The notes under the pieces were generated by a model. It worked only from the letters and a program-made list of their open reading frames with translations. It did not search any database and was not told where the DNA came from. This document shows positions 29,028 through 40,500 of a DNA stretch of 64,000 bases, piece after piece; positions within the stretch are counted from its first letter, which is position 1; every line of letters begins with the position of its first letter. Made by a program: the position numbers and the translations under genes. The stretch spans positions 64,001 to 128,000 of the IMG/VR virus record IMGVR_UViG_3300021431_004083, one strand, 5' to 3'. Source of the stretch: a virus (Duplodnaviria > Caudoviricetes).

Positions 29028-29070
29028 TTACGGACATTTTTGCATTATTTTTTGGACACTTTTTGGACAT
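29028..29070. repeat. Short direct repeats (TTT[T/A][T/C]GGACA), parC candidate
   Basis: CGGACAT, TTTTGGACAC and TTTTGGACAT immediately upstream of the par -35. Confidence 0.4.
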
Positions 29071-29284
29071 CACCTTTTACTCGCATCATTACTATCAGAA
29101 CAAATACGACGTGGGTACTGGACTTACGTGGATAAGGGAATCCGTTGGATGAGCCGCGTTGCGGCGACACTTGACGTGTTGTACCTATGAGAATTTTAGT
29201 TCAGCTTCGCGAACAACAAGTATACATACATTTGCGGAATTGGACATATGAAAGAATAGCATTAAAAAATCAAGGAGGTTCACT

Positions 29285-29608
29285 ATGTATAAGAAAAGCA
29301 AAATCGCCGGAATCACCTTCGGCGACCGACAAAAATACTCAGCAGCAATCCACAGCTGTGAGAGACGCGGCGAGAAGGTCTACCTCTCGCTCAGAAGAGA
29401 AAAGAAGAACAAGTATGACGCAAGCGCCATCTGCGTTATCGCGCATTGTCCTTCGAGAAACCTGCACTTCACACTGGGATACGTCCCGCATGATGAAGCG
29501 ATTCAGCTCGCGCCTTTGATGGACAGCGGGAAAAAGCCGTTCGTTCTCAAACACGACTTCGGTTACGCGAAAAAGACATTCAGCTGCAAGTTCACCTACA
29601 GCATTTAA
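29285..29608 (+). CDS. HIRAN domain protein
   Basis: KIAGITF..RQ, LRREKKNKYDASAI, LGYVP; RBS AAGGAGG. Confidence 0.88.
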   Translation: MYKKSKIAGITFGDRQKYSAAIHSCERRGEKVYLSLRREKKNKYDASAICVIAHCPSRNLHFTLGYVPHDEAIQLAPLMDSGKKPFVLKHDFGYAKKTFSCKFTYSI

Positions 29609-29633
29609 CAAAAAAACGAAAGGACGTACAAAA

Positions 29634-29903
29634 ATGAAAAAGAACCTGTACACGGTCACTTTCAGTGACAACACCCTCATCACTATCACAGGTGAAGAGA
29701 TCAGAGAAGAGAAAATCTCCGGCACAGTCGCCGTCAATCTCGAAAAAGGCACACTGTACCTCGACAATATCAGAGATATCACCGTATCATATACGGACGA
29801 AGACTCCGTCGAATATGACGAAGCCGTCGAGAATACAGAAATGCTCGTTGAAAAGGCTCGCATCAAAGCTGAGATGAGAGCCTATCTCTTCAACGAAGAT
29901 TAA
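29634..29903 (+). CDS. Hypothetical protein
   Basis: 89 aa, RBS AAAGGA, followed by a terminator hairpin at 29911-29948. Confidence 0.7.
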   Translation: MKKNLYTVTFSDNTLITITGEEIREEKISGTVAVNLEKGTLYLDNIRDITVSYTDEDSVEYDEAVENTEMLVEKARIKAEMRAYLFNED

Positions 29904-29982
29904 ACATATCAGCCCTGCTCCGAAAAACGGGGCGGGGCTTCTTTTTTACATCAATTCAGATATCAAAAAGGAGAAACAAAAC

Positions 29983-30312
29983 ATGTATAAAGGACAGCGC
30001 GATGACCACTTGACCATAAGAGTTCCGCAACAACTTTGCCATCTTTACAAATCAAAGCTCGGCGAAGAATTCGTTGAAGTTTGCCTGCCGTGGGGCGGCA
30101 CAAAAATGTGGCGTAGCTTCATGGTAAAGCCATCGCAGGTATGCTATGACTACGATAACCCCGACACCTATAACATCATCGAAAGTCTGAACAGAAACAC
30201 AAAAATCATCATTTCAACCAAAATGGCAACCAACAACGGAACGGGACGTACCGTTGTACCTGACAGCGAAATCGAATACAATCCCATCGATATCAAAAAC
30301 ATGTACCTGTAA
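29983..30312 (+). CDS. Hypothetical protein
   Basis: 109 aa, RBS AAGGAG. Confidence 0.7.
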   Translation: MYKGQRDDHLTIRVPQQLCHLYKSKLGEEFVEVCLPWGGTKMWRSFMVKPSQVCYDYDNPDTYNIIESLNRNTKIIISTKMATNNGTGRTVVPDSEIEYNPIDIKNMYL

Positions 30313-30326
30313 AGGAGGAAACTAAA

Positions 30327-30905
30327 ATGCGTTTTGCAAACGAAACAATAATATACATTGCATTACTTATCGTAACAATGTATGCGATCGTCATGACCGT
30401 CATCAACATCTATGTGTACAAAAAGTACAAAAACATCAAAAACGGAGCAGAACCCGTCATCATCCATGAACTGGAAAGATACGACGGTATCGAAGACTTA
30501 TCCATCTTCGAAGTCGCGAAGTATCTGTTGGAGCTTAACTGCAAGCTCAACACACAGCGACTGCACAAGCTCTGTTATTTCTTACAAATCGAATTCTTAA
30601 AGAAATACAACAGACCTTTATTCAAAGAGAATTTCGTAAGATGGCGCACCGGTCCAGTATGCGTTCCGCTCCACAGCTTCTTTATCGATAGAGGCAAGAG
30701 TGTCATCAACGTCAATGACTTTGATGTCACAAGCAAGCGTATCACAAAAATCCAAAAGCGCGACATCAAAGAAATGCTCAAAGACTACGAAACATACGAC
30801 ACTGTCACACTCAGCTTAATAGCAAATGAGCGAGAACTCATGGACAGGTTTAATATCGGCGACGTCATCGACAACGAAACACTCGTTGAATACTACAACA
30901 AATAG
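30327..30905 (+). CDS. Panacea/SocA (DUF4065) domain protein with an N-terminal TM helix
   Basis: SIFEVAKYLL, RLHKLCYFLQ, PLFKENFVRWRTGPV and C-terminal IDNETLVEYY. Confidence 0.8.
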   Translation: MRFANETIIYIALLIVTMYAIVMTVINIYVYKKYKNIKNGAEPVIIHELERYDGIEDLSIFEVAKYLLELNCKLNTQRLHKLCYFLQIEFLKKYNRPLFKENFVRWRTGPVCVPLHSFFIDRGKSVINVNDFDVTSKRITKIQKRDIKEMLKDYETYDTVTLSLIANERELMDRFNIGDVIDNETLVEYYNK

Positions 30906-30915
30906 GAGGACTATT

Positions 30916-31401
30916 ATGGAAAACACGGTAATCTACATTCCCAATATTATCAACGCAGCTGTAATGAAAAGCATACTCGAAAACAGCAAGCACATCAACT
31001 GCGTCTGGCAGCTCCATATCGACGGCGTATGGAACAACAAAGAAGACTTTGATTTCAACAAAGGCTTCCATGTCATCACTGTGACCGACGGTGATGATAT
31101 GCCGTCCATCATCGAAGAGCTGAGCAAAAACAACATCCCGTCATACTTTGCTCCGATACAATACTCCAAAAGGGTACTCGATATCCTTAAAACTGATGAG
31201 CAAGCAAACGCCTCTTATCAGAATACACTCATGGATATCACACGCAACTATATCGACGAACTCTGCAACAACAGCTACGCCAAGGACGGCTCGCAGCCGA
31301 CTATGTGCGCGGAAAAAAAAGATCGCATCGCTGAATGCGTACTCGCTGTAACAAAGAGCGTGATGCCGAGGGAATTTCTCCGAGATATATCCGCCCATTA
31401 A
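30916..31401 (+). CDS. Hypothetical protein
   Basis: Start MENTVIY after AGGAGG. Confidence 0.7.
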   Translation: MENTVIYIPNIINAAVMKSILENSKHINCVWQLHIDGVWNNKEDFDFNKGFHVITVTDGDDMPSIIEELSKNNIPSYFAPIQYSKRVLDILKTDEQANASYQNTLMDITRNYIDELCNNSYAKDGSQPTMCAEKKDRIAECVLAVTKSVMPREFLRDISAH

Positions 31402-31428
31402 AAATATCAAAACATAAGGAGGTACCAA

Positions 31429-31737
31429 ATGTCTAAGAAGTACAAAAAGGTCAGAAAGCTTGAAACGACAAGAAAAGCCCTGATGGGACTTATCTGTCTT
31501 TTAGCTGTCAGTGTATTCGGTATCGCGGGAGGTGCTGATATGATGAATATCAGCACCAAGACCATCATCATCGAGACTATCACAATATGTATCATCGGCG
31601 CGCTGACTCTTCTTCTCTTGAAGAACACAAAGAAGAAAGAACAAAGCGTGCGTCGATACATCAAAGCGCATAACAAAGTCGCCGCGACAAGAATCGACAA
31701 AGCCATCAACGAACCCTTCCTCAAAATTATCAAGTAA
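31429..31737 (+). CDS. Two-TM membrane protein
   Basis: 102 aa, RBS AAGGAGG. Confidence 0.7.
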   Translation: MSKKYKKVRKLETTRKALMGLICLLAVSVFGIAGGADMMNISTKTIIIETITICIIGALTLLLLKNTKKKEQSVRRYIKAHNKVAATRIDKAINEPFLKIIK

Positions 31738-31749
31738 GGAGGAAGTATC

Positions 31750-32484
31750 ATGAAACCTTTATCAATCGACAGAGTATCTGTCGAAATCACACGAGAATGC
31801 AATATGGCTTGTCTTCATTGCATGCGAGGCGACGCGCAAAAGAAAACGCTCAATCTCACAGCATGGGAAAAGATGTGTGAAAGCATTGATGAAATCGACA
31901 GCATCAATCTCACCGGCGGAGAACCGTCGCTTCGGCCTGATATCATGATGGCAATGCTCGATATCGCGAAAAAGCATAACGTAGAAATCCGTTCATGCTA
32001 CGTTGTGACCAACGCAAAAGATGTCAGCAAAGACTTCATCATCGCTCTCGCCGCTTGGTTCGAATATACCCACAGCTGCGATGACGACACCGCATCAGAG
32101 CTTAACGGGATTTGCGTATCGCATGACTGTTACCATGAAAGTATTCCTGCGGAAAACATCAACAAGCTCAAAATATTCAGAGCGTTCAACGCAGAAGCTC
32201 ATAACAGAGGTGACCGTCACGACATCACCGTACAAGCAAAAGGAAGAGCGCTCGAATACGTCAATCCGCAATACTTGATAAGACCGCAACGCTACGCTCC
32301 TATCATTAGTGAAAGTGAAAACGAGACATACATTTACGATGAATCCGTAACACTCACCGTAGACGGCGATGTTCTCACTGACTGCGATTATGCGTACAAT
32401 GACATCGACGACATCTATGTCGCGAATGTCCTAAAGGACGAAGACTGGGTAGACAGGCTCAAAAACGCCTGCCGACCGGAATAA
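31750..32484 (+). CDS. Radical SAM protein
   Basis: EITRECNMACLHC (CxxxCxxC), LTGGEP, VVTNA, VSHDCYH. Confidence 0.9.
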   Translation: MKPLSIDRVSVEITRECNMACLHCMRGDAQKKTLNLTAWEKMCESIDEIDSINLTGGEPSLRPDIMMAMLDIAKKHNVEIRSCYVVTNAKDVSKDFIIALAAWFEYTHSCDDDTASELNGICVSHDCYHESIPAENINKLKIFRAFNAEAHNRGDRHDITVQAKGRALEYVNPQYLIRPQRYAPIISESENETYIYDESVTLTVDGDVLTDCDYAYNDIDDIYVANVLKDEDWVDRLKNACRPE

Positions 32485-32485
32485 G

Positions 32486-32528
32486 AAAAAGGAACCTGTA
32501 TTTCAAATACGGGTTCCTTTTTTTTTTT
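32486..32528. terminator. Bidirectional terminator
   Basis: AAAAAGGAACCTGTA/TACGGGTTCCTTTTT between convergent genes. Confidence 0.85.
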
Positions 32529-33319
32529 CATTTTACATGCGCGCCGCAATGTTTACAAAAACTGTCTTTCGCCGATAACGCTTTGCCGCAGTTCGAACAA
32601 ATATTAGCGTGTAATCGAGGAGAATAAGCAATATCGAAACCATACTCATTGATAACGTCAAGCTCCGACATATACTGCGTAATGACAATGATACGAAACG
32701 CCAATACAGCAATATACAAAACAATCGGCACGACGACAGATAATAACAACCGTGACATGTTTTGTGTTAAAAACAACCATGCCAAAAGCCCGACAGACAA
32801 AAAGAACAGCAGAATAGTCATTACGGAATAAGGAATCATCCGTTCAGCAGATACCGACGACGACGAAATGTTCAAAATAATTCGACGATAGAAATGATAC
32901 TCAAAAAGACCGTACAAAAAACATATTGCGCCCATAACTGTTCCTGAAACTGAAAAGCGAAGAGGCGACGTTCCAAAAAAGAATAAAGGAACGAACAGGA
33001 CTAATAAAAATAAACCAAGCGCTGCAACAATGACACTATGGGTAAGAATGAACGTAAGCGGATTCACGGCATATGTTTCAAACTCGGACTTAGATATAAA
33101 ATACAAACACAGGAAACAAATACCTGTGTACAAAAACAACGCGGCAACCGCTATATATAAATACTTAAAGCCTCTTGACAAAATCACGAAGTTGTCGGGA
33201 AAGAAAAAGAATGCTATGATTGCGGACACGAAAAGAAACAAGGATGAAATGCCGACAAACAAAACAGAACTCTTCGAAAAAAAGTCCTTATGCAATCTCG
33301 CAGTATAGGAATACCACAC
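32528..33319 (-). CDS. Polytopic membrane protein with a C-terminal zinc ribbon
   Basis: About 6 TM helices; CSNCG...FCKHCG. Confidence 0.75.
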   Translation of the reverse strand: MWYSYTARLHKDFFSKSSVLFVGISSLFLFVSAIIAFFFFPDNFVILSRGFKYLYIAVAALFLYTGICFLCLYFISKSEFETYAVNPLTFILTHSVIVAALGLFLLVLFVPLFFFGTSPLRFSVSGTVMGAICFLYGLFEYHFYRRIILNISSSSVSAERMIPYSVMTILLFFLSVGLLAWLFLTQNMSRLLLSVVVPIVLYIAVLAFRIIVITQYMSELDVINEYGFDIAYSPRLHANICSNCGKALSAKDSFCKHCGAHVK

Positions 33320-33322
33320 AAC

Positions 33323-33850
33323 TCAACCCTCCTTCACGTCAAATCGCCTGAACTCGGGGTATACAGAAAAGGCGACTTTGCCGATTATCTTATCTTTAGA
33401 CACAAACGGATTTTGCCAAAAACGGGAATCAAAACTATTGTTCCGATTATCGCCCATTACGAAATAAGAATTCTCGGGAACCACACCGTAATCCTTATCC
33501 TCAGAAACCATCGTTTCTTTGCAATATGAAGCATCGATAATGGAACCGTTAACGAATACCGAATTGTCTTCGACAATCACATGCTCCCCCGGCAAAGCGA
33601 CGATTCGTTTCACATACGCTTCGCCTGTATCAGGAGCATGAAACGTAATGATATCATATCGCTCCGGGTTCGAATGATTGTATGCCAGTCTGTCAGCGAC
33701 GAAAATGCCGTTAGTCATCAACGTCGGCTCCATCGACTCCGACGGAACGTAACCGTTTAAAAACACGAAATTCGTCAAAGCAAATACAACACCGAGAATA
33801 ACGACAAAACACACGATATCCTTAACTATTACTTTGGTTTTTTCTTTCAC
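33323..33850 (-). CDS. lepB: Signal peptidase I (S26), pilus-associated
   Basis: VPSESMEPTL, YVKRIVALPG, GDNRNNSFDSR. Confidence 0.92.
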   Translation of the reverse strand: MKEKTKVIVKDIVCFVVILGVVFALTNFVFLNGYVPSESMEPTLMTNGIFVADRLAYNHSNPERYDIITFHAPDTGEAYVKRIVALPGEHVIVEDNSVFVNGSIIDASYCKETMVSEDKDYGVVPENSYFVMGDNRNNSFDSRFWQNPFVSKDKIIGKVAFSVYPEFRRFDVKEG

Positions 33851-34631
33851 AGGTAACCTGCCACCTTTCCCTTCCTCTGTCCGCGCATGTAAGCAGCGTC
33901 AATCTATCCTTATGCGGCGCCAAATAAACACCGCTGACATCCGTCGACAATATCTGCTTCGACTCAATCACTTCATACTCCAACGTATAAAAGTAATTCG
34001 TCACAGAAACAGAATCACCGACATCAAGCTCAGAAATATAATCAAAAAACGTACGACCTGTATAACCGTTGTGACCGGCGATGACACAATTTGACGTTTC
34101 GCCGCCAATCGGCAAAGACGTTCCGCCTAAATGGGTGACGCCGATAGACATGTTATAATTCGTCGCGCCGAGATATATAGGGACATCAAGACCGAGAGCG
34201 GGTATCGTCACATACGCGTAAACACCGTTCCATATTCCATAGTCCCCTAAATTCAAAGCAGGCTGCGTAAACTGCCATTCTGACAAATGCTGTCCCGCAA
34301 CAACTTCCGTATTATACGCAAGAGAATCTTTATAGAGCCTGTCAACGTCGTACTTATAAACGACAGGCTTATCATCCGTTCGATTACCCTCTTCGTCAAT
34401 CGGATATCCCTCGTCATCGATTTCACCGTTTTCGAGAGCGTCTTTATAGGAACCATCCTCACGCATTTCTTGCGCTGTCTCCTCGAAGTTGTAAACAATG
34501 GAATCCATATGCGCCTTATTTGCCATCTTCATAATCGACGGGGTGATGAACGTAACAATCGCCGCGAAAAACAAAATACCGGCGATGATAAAACGCCGCC
34601 TTCGTCGGCGTCTCGCAAAATAACCCAACAA
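33822..34631 (-). CDS. Class C sortase
   Basis: HLGGTSLPIGG, IAGHNG, LTLLTC...R. Confidence 0.88.
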   Translation of the reverse strand: MLGYFARRRRRRRFIIAGILFFAAIVTFITPSIMKMANKAHMDSIVYNFEETAQEMREDGSYKDALENGEIDDEGYPIDEEGNRTDDKPVVYKYDVDRLYKDSLAYNTEVVAGQHLSEWQFTQPALNLGDYGIWNGVYAYVTIPALGLDVPIYLGATNYNMSIGVTHLGGTSLPIGGETSNCVIAGHNGYTGRTFFDYISELDVGDSVSVTNYFYTLEYEVIESKQILSTDVSGVYLAPHKDRLTLLTCADRGRERWQVTCERKNQSNS

Positions 34632-34643
34632 AAAACACCTTCT

Positions 34644-35591
34644 TTACATTACGGCACTTTGTTTGCGTCGATGACGAACAGTCACAATAATCGTAACAAT
34701 AGTCACACACAACAATATTCCGCCTATTACGAACATCGCAACCAAACCTCTGTCACCTTCATCATTGATATTTTGTATCTCACGTGAACTGTTCGACCTT
34801 TTGACGACGTCATATAACTCACCCATCACGAGTAAACGATGCGTATTGACAGCATATGGCGTACACGTCACAAGTGTACACAGATTCCTGTCAGGCTGCA
34901 CATGCAGCTTTTCGGAATCCGCCGGACGCACAACATTGATCTCGCATACACGATAATAATAAGTATCGCCGAAAAACTCAACAAAAAAAGTATCGCCCCT
35001 TTTTAACTCTGTCAAACGATTGAAAAGCTCTTTTGTCGGCAACGCCGTATGTCCTGAAATAACGACATGCACGCCGTCACCTTCCATTGGCAAAGAAGTG
35101 CGAAACATATGCTGCGCGCCCTCTTCCAATTTAGAATCATCCGTACCTTTATATACAGGCAGCTTGCAATTGATTGACGGAATCTCAATATTCGCTAAAT
35201 GACCGTTACGGCCAACACCCGCAATCTCTTCATAAATATCAGACTTTTCCGTCAAACCTTCTTCTCCCGCAAACGTATCAATCAATGTTGAACCGACAAC
35301 CATCGTATCATTGTACTCTTTGACCTTCGCAAGATAACCGTCATATTCATCATCTGATAAGTTCTTTACAGCGTCGCTGTACTCGTTTGTGTGCGACGCA
35401 GCCACCAAATTATTGACAAACTCGGATACCGTAGGATAAAGAAACAAACCCGCAGCGAGAAGAAGCCAAATAGAGATAAAAACAATCAACCCGACAGGCT
35501 TTTTCTTTTTCTGAACAACCGTGTCATCCAAAGGTATTCCTTTGGCGACACGTGTCGAACGAGAGGGGACATTATCTGTTTTCTTCTTCAT
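34644..35591 (-). CDS. Class C sortase
   Basis: TSLPMEG, ISGHTALP, TLVTCTPYAVNTHRLLV, C-terminal TM. Confidence 0.92.
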   Translation of the reverse strand: MKKKTDNVPSRSTRVAKGIPLDDTVVQKKKKPVGLIVFISIWLLLAAGLFLYPTVSEFVNNLVAASHTNEYSDAVKNLSDDEYDGYLAKVKEYNDTMVVGSTLIDTFAGEEGLTEKSDIYEEIAGVGRNGHLANIEIPSINCKLPVYKGTDDSKLEEGAQHMFRTSLPMEGDGVHVVISGHTALPTKELFNRLTELKRGDTFFVEFFGDTYYYRVCEINVVRPADSEKLHVQPDRNLCTLVTCTPYAVNTHRLLVMGELYDVVKRSNSSREIQNINDEGDRGLVAMFVIGGILLCVTIVTIIVTVRHRRKQSAVM

Positions 35592-35640
35592 AAAAAACGC
35601 ACATCCTTATAAAGCCAGTATACCACATTGAAAACCAAAA

Positions 35641-35658
35641 TGCAATACTTTTATTGCA
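35641..35658. promoter_or_regulatory. Palindromic operator TGCAATA-N4-TATTGCA over the -35 of the sortase C operon
   Basis: TGCAATACTTTTATTGCA; minus strand TTGCAT-17-TATACT. Confidence 0.65.
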
Positions 35659-35747
35659 ACAAATTGTTCACAAAAAAGGACACCCCCTAAAAAGGGGGTG
35701 TCGCGAAACAAAGAACCGACAAATCGATTCAAGCGTCGATGGCGTTA

Positions 35748-37397
35748 TTACTTAGAAGCCTTGCTTCTCTTCTTCAGATTCATCGCAACGACAACAATAC
35801 CGGCGAGCAGAAGAACTGCGCCTGCGCCGTAGAACATAACGGAACCGATACCACCGGTCTGCGGCAGGAATACTTTGTCATTGGTAACACGAGCGCCTAC
35901 GTAACCAATATGGTCACGACCGCGGAACTTGTAGTTCGCAGGATAAGCAGCAGCAGCATTACCGTCAACAGTGAACTTACCGTCCTCAGTATATTCCTGA
36001 ACCTTGGTCTCATCAGCCCATGTGTTGTTAGTAAAGGACTCCTTATATGCTGTGGTAATGGTAATCGGGATTACCTTAGTAAAAGCAGAATAACTCGCAG
36101 GAGCTTCAGTCTCTCTCACATAATAGGTACCTGCTCTCAGAGCAACAGGCTTACCGGAGATATCACGATTATTAGCAGTCTGACCGTCGAGATAAGTGAA
36201 GAAAACTTCACCCTGAGTATTAGAAGTACCCTCAGCAATAGGATTTGTCAGCGCCTCAGCATTAGCTTCTGTCTTAAACAGCTGGAACTTGGCGCCTTCG
36301 AGAGCCTTATTATCTTGACCGCGCAGCTTACCGATCATCAGACTGTAAGTATAAACCCAAGCGTCATCGGGCTCAGTCTCGCTTGTATTATCAGCGTAGT
36401 TTGTCCACTCAAGCTTAACCTCATTCGGGTTACCCTCATAGCCGATAACAGCATGCTCATTCAAAACACCGCTATAATAAAGACGAACATAAGCAGCCTG
36501 ATAGAACAGCTCCGTAGATTGCAGATACTCAGGCTTCAGAGAAACTCTGATTGTTGTTGCCTCACCATTGCCGCCGGTAACATCGATAGTGTAGTTAGCG
36601 GGGTCAATAACGGATGATTTAGTCTTCTCCGAATTCAGCAAACGTACCTGAACGGAACCGTCGAGATAAGTAAGACCTTTGCTCATGGTATCAACAAAAG
36701 AATAAGCCTTCAGTCTGAAATCCTTTGTGGGGTCAGTTTCGTTATAAGCGCCGACGGTATCAGCGTCAACACAGAAACGAACCGAACCACCCATAGGAAC
36801 CTCGGTATACTCAGTCTGACCTTCGATAGTAGAATTAGTGATAGTCTTATCAACAGTAACAGTATCACTCTCAACCTTAGTAGCGAGCTCAACGGGGTCA
36901 ATGCTGTAAGTCCAACCATTCTCAGCAGCGTAATAAGGCAGAGCGAAGATCGAGTTTCTTACGGACTTAACAGTATTAGGAGTACCTGTCGCGCGAACAT
37001 AGAAGAGGCCCTGTGTCAGATTAGACAGAGTCTTGGTCGCGCCGTCTGTGTCAGACGAATAAGTACCGACAACAACAGCACCCTTAGTCTCAAGCTCAGA
37101 AGTAGCAATATTATCGAGAGTTCTGAGTGTAGTAGTTGCAGCGCCATAAGGCAAGGCGGCCGCAATATCAGTCATAAGAGGCTTATAACTGACCTCATAC
37201 GGGTTCAGCAGCTTCTCTTCGGTATCAGCTACACGATAAACTGTAAATGTGTAACCGGGCTTATCGCAGTTCATTGTGAAACTGACCTTTGCATTAGGGT
37301 CAAATGAACCTGTCGCAGCAGTAACAGACATGGCGCCAAGCATGGCGACGAGCATTACTGCGAGGAAAAGAGCAAGAAGTCTTTTCGTTGTTTTCAT
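35748..37397 (-). CDS. Major pilin (SpaA/SpaH/EbpC-type, isopeptide domains)
   Basis: Signal peptide from MKTTKRL; DTMSKGLTY, E-box YYVRETEAPASY, LPQTGG + TM + basic tail. Confidence 0.88.
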   Translation of the reverse strand: MKTTKRLLALFLAVMLVAMLGAMSVTAATGSFDPNAKVSFTMNCDKPGYTFTVYRVADTEEKLLNPYEVSYKPLMTDIAAALPYGAATTTLRTLDNIATSELETKGAVVVGTYSSDTDGATKTLSNLTQGLFYVRATGTPNTVKSVRNSIFALPYYAAENGWTYSIDPVELATKVESDTVTVDKTITNSTIEGQTEYTEVPMGGSVRFCVDADTVGAYNETDPTKDFRLKAYSFVDTMSKGLTYLDGSVQVRLLNSEKTKSSVIDPANYTIDVTGGNGEATTIRVSLKPEYLQSTELFYQAAYVRLYYSGVLNEHAVIGYEGNPNEVKLEWTNYADNTSETEPDDAWVYTYSLMIGKLRGQDNKALEGAKFQLFKTEANAEALTNPIAEGTSNTQGEVFFTYLDGQTANNRDISGKPVALRAGTYYVRETEAPASYSAFTKVIPITITTAYKESFTNNTWADETKVQEYTEDGKFTVDGNAAAAYPANYKFRGRDHIGYVGARVTNDKVFLPQTGGIGSVMFYGAGAVLLLAGIVVVAMNLKKRSKASK

Positions 37398-37599
37398 GTA
37401 AAAATCACCAAAACCTTTCTTCCCGAACGCGGGATATAAATTTTTCACAAACCTAACGGTTCTCTAACAATATAACACATCGAAAAAGAAAATGCAATAG
37501 TTTATTCACAAAAAAGTAAATAAAATTGTAAAAATCCCCATTCGACATTGAAACAGACGCCGTGCCGTATACAAGACACGGCGTCCATTATCAAAAATA

Positions 37600-40500
37600 T
37601 CACTTAACGATAGTCGAGCGAATCCTGCGGCGTCTGAAGAACAGAACACCGAATACACCGAGAGACAAAGCAAGCAACGCGGCAACATAATAAATCATAT
37701 TACCTGTACCGCCTGTTTTCGGCGCGAAAATCTTGTCGTTAACGAACACAAGTTCATCCATATCATACGTCTGACCACCGTTCATGACACGAACCTTACC
37801 CTCATCTGTCAGTGTAAACGTGACAGGAACATTCGACGTAGAGTAATTCGCCAAAGGTGTTGATTCAAGAATCACATAAGTACCCGGCTCAAGATTCTTA
37901 ATTGTCAGCTTACCCTTATTGGAACCAGTACTACCCGTTCTCATAATATATTCCGAATCAGCAGCAAACGTATTCTTAATCTTCTTATTAGCGCCAGAGC
38001 CTTTGGCACGGAAATAATCCTGAATACCATCAATGATTTCGGCGCCCTGTTTCTTATAAACACCATTGGTGCCTGTTGCCTTGATAACACCATTTCTGCC
38101 GTTTGTGCCTGCACCAAGAACAAAGCCTACGTTTGCTTGTGGCTTAGTACCTTGCAACTGCGCCTCAAGAGACGAAGTGTTGTCGGGCAAAGACGAGCGG
38201 TAGTATTTCTTAACGACGACGTCAAATACCTTATAGGTATTCTGAACAGGAATCGTCTCAGTGAGAACGCCCTGAACAGTGGTCTGTGTATGATTGAGAT
38301 ACTCAGGCTCGTCATAACCTGTAACAGTCGACTCTGTCACATAATAACGACAAGGAATCGCATGCTCACCCACGGTTTCATAAGCCGTAAACTTTTTACC
38401 GTTACTATCGGTACCCAAACGAGAACCAAGGTCCTCAGCAATCTTATCATCGAAAAACGCCGAAGCTACGACAGGCTGACCTGTCACTTTAACAGAACCA
38501 GTGTCTCCTGTAAAGTTATTAATGGTATACGTGCCAACTGTTTTGGTAATGGTCGCGGACTCGCCGTTTGTCGTATAGTATCCCGGAACGACGTACTCAC
38601 GATACAGCGTAAAATCAACGGATGCAGGACGCTTGTTCGCCGCATTGTTTCTGTCATTCCAACGCTTCTCAAGGACAATATTCTTGGTTTCGTAGTTTGT
38701 CAAGGACAAATCACCGGTCTGCTCGGTAACGTAACCGTTACCTACAGGAACCTCTTCTACGTAATACTCATACTGAATACCACGATAATAATTACCGCGA
38801 GAAGAATCGAAATACTGACCTAAGTCAGCAGAAGGTGTATGGTTTTCTGCTTCAGAAACATATGTCGGCAAATGAGAAACCTTAGTGGACCAATTTGACT
38901 CATCAGATAATGTCAAACCAGAAAGAACCTTCTCTGACAAAATACCTTTCGTCGGATGCGTATCTTTATTCTTAACGAAATCGGAAGCATCCCAACGACG
39001 ATACAAATCTACCTTGATAGATACGGGACGAGTCTGATACTTGTTACTCTCATCGACCCAAGCTTTTGTCACATGAACCGATCGTGTATCGGGACGATAC
39101 GAGTTTTCAATATCAACACGTAAAGGTGATACACCCAGAGGCACATCGGATACCGTCCAATTAACAGAACTGCCGTTTACAGTTCCTGTTGCTTGCTTCG
39201 TCGCAACATGACCAATCTCCTGATTGTACAACATCATCTGCCCGTATTGAACCTTTGCTCTATCGTTATTATAAAGAGTAGTATAAGAATCATCGATGTA
39301 TTCTGTCAACTCACTCACAGGAACAAATGCGTCAGAAGAAGAAGCCTTCAATAACACTTCTCGAATCGAATACTCATAACGGACATAATCACCATCGGCA
39401 TTATAATGACCTTCAGGTAATCCGGTAAACGAATAATTATACTGAGAGGAACCATTCTCGCCTGTTCTAAATGCTTCAGCATTATAGAACGTAACACCAT
39501 CACGGTCCTCGGTCACGCCTAACAGCCGAGAGCCGAACGAATCGCCGTCTCTGTACAGCTCGACACGAATACCGTCGGCACGCGTATTAGCAACATTATG
39601 CAAATCGTCCCAAATCTTAGAACCTTCGACAGTAATAGAAGGAATCTTCTCGTTACTATAGCTCAAAGAAACAACAGTAACCTCCGACTTACTAACTGTT
39701 TCTTTGGTTAGCGTATTATCACTAATGATGCCCCATTGAACAGGATTCTGCGAAAGCTTATAGCCATTAGGAGCTTTAACTTCCGTCACACGATATGTAC
39801 CGCCTCTCTTGAAACGACCTTTGTAAACAGGGAGTCCTGCCTGCTCCAAATCAGTGGCGCGCACTACATCTGTCGCGGAACCGTCAGCATTAACATAATG
39901 CGAAGCAGCTCCGGTATAAGCGAATCCGCTCGAATTCGTTCTCAAATAATAAGTATACTCAGAAGTCTCAGGGATTGCGGAAACACTTGAATAGGCATCC
40001 TCGAAGTACTCAAGCTTAAAAACAGCGCCGCGAAGCTTTGCGCCTGTGTTCGCATCTGTTTTCTTAATATATATAGGAACATACTGCTCATTAGGGATGA
40101 CCTTATGACCGATAGTAGCATCATCTTCACCGACGTAAATCACACCAGTCTCATCACCTGTCAAGTTACCGAAGTAAACTTTATCAATAGGATTGTAACC
40201 TGCAGGCGCAGAAACCTCGGTCAAACGATAAGAACCTTCAGGGAAGTAATCACCGTAATGATTATCAATAGCGGAACCAGGACAAGAAGAATCCGTTTTA
40301 GAACCAGGCAAATCGTTACGCAAATCATTATTGTCCGCGTAAATCCTACCTAATGTGGTCACACCGGAACCGTTGTAACCAATCAAAGTACCATTATTAT
40401 CATAAAGCGAAAGCTTATCGATATCCGCACCTGAACCGAGATAATAAACACGAGCAGGCTCGGTATCACCTATCTCAGACTCAGAAGCAAACTGCTTATC

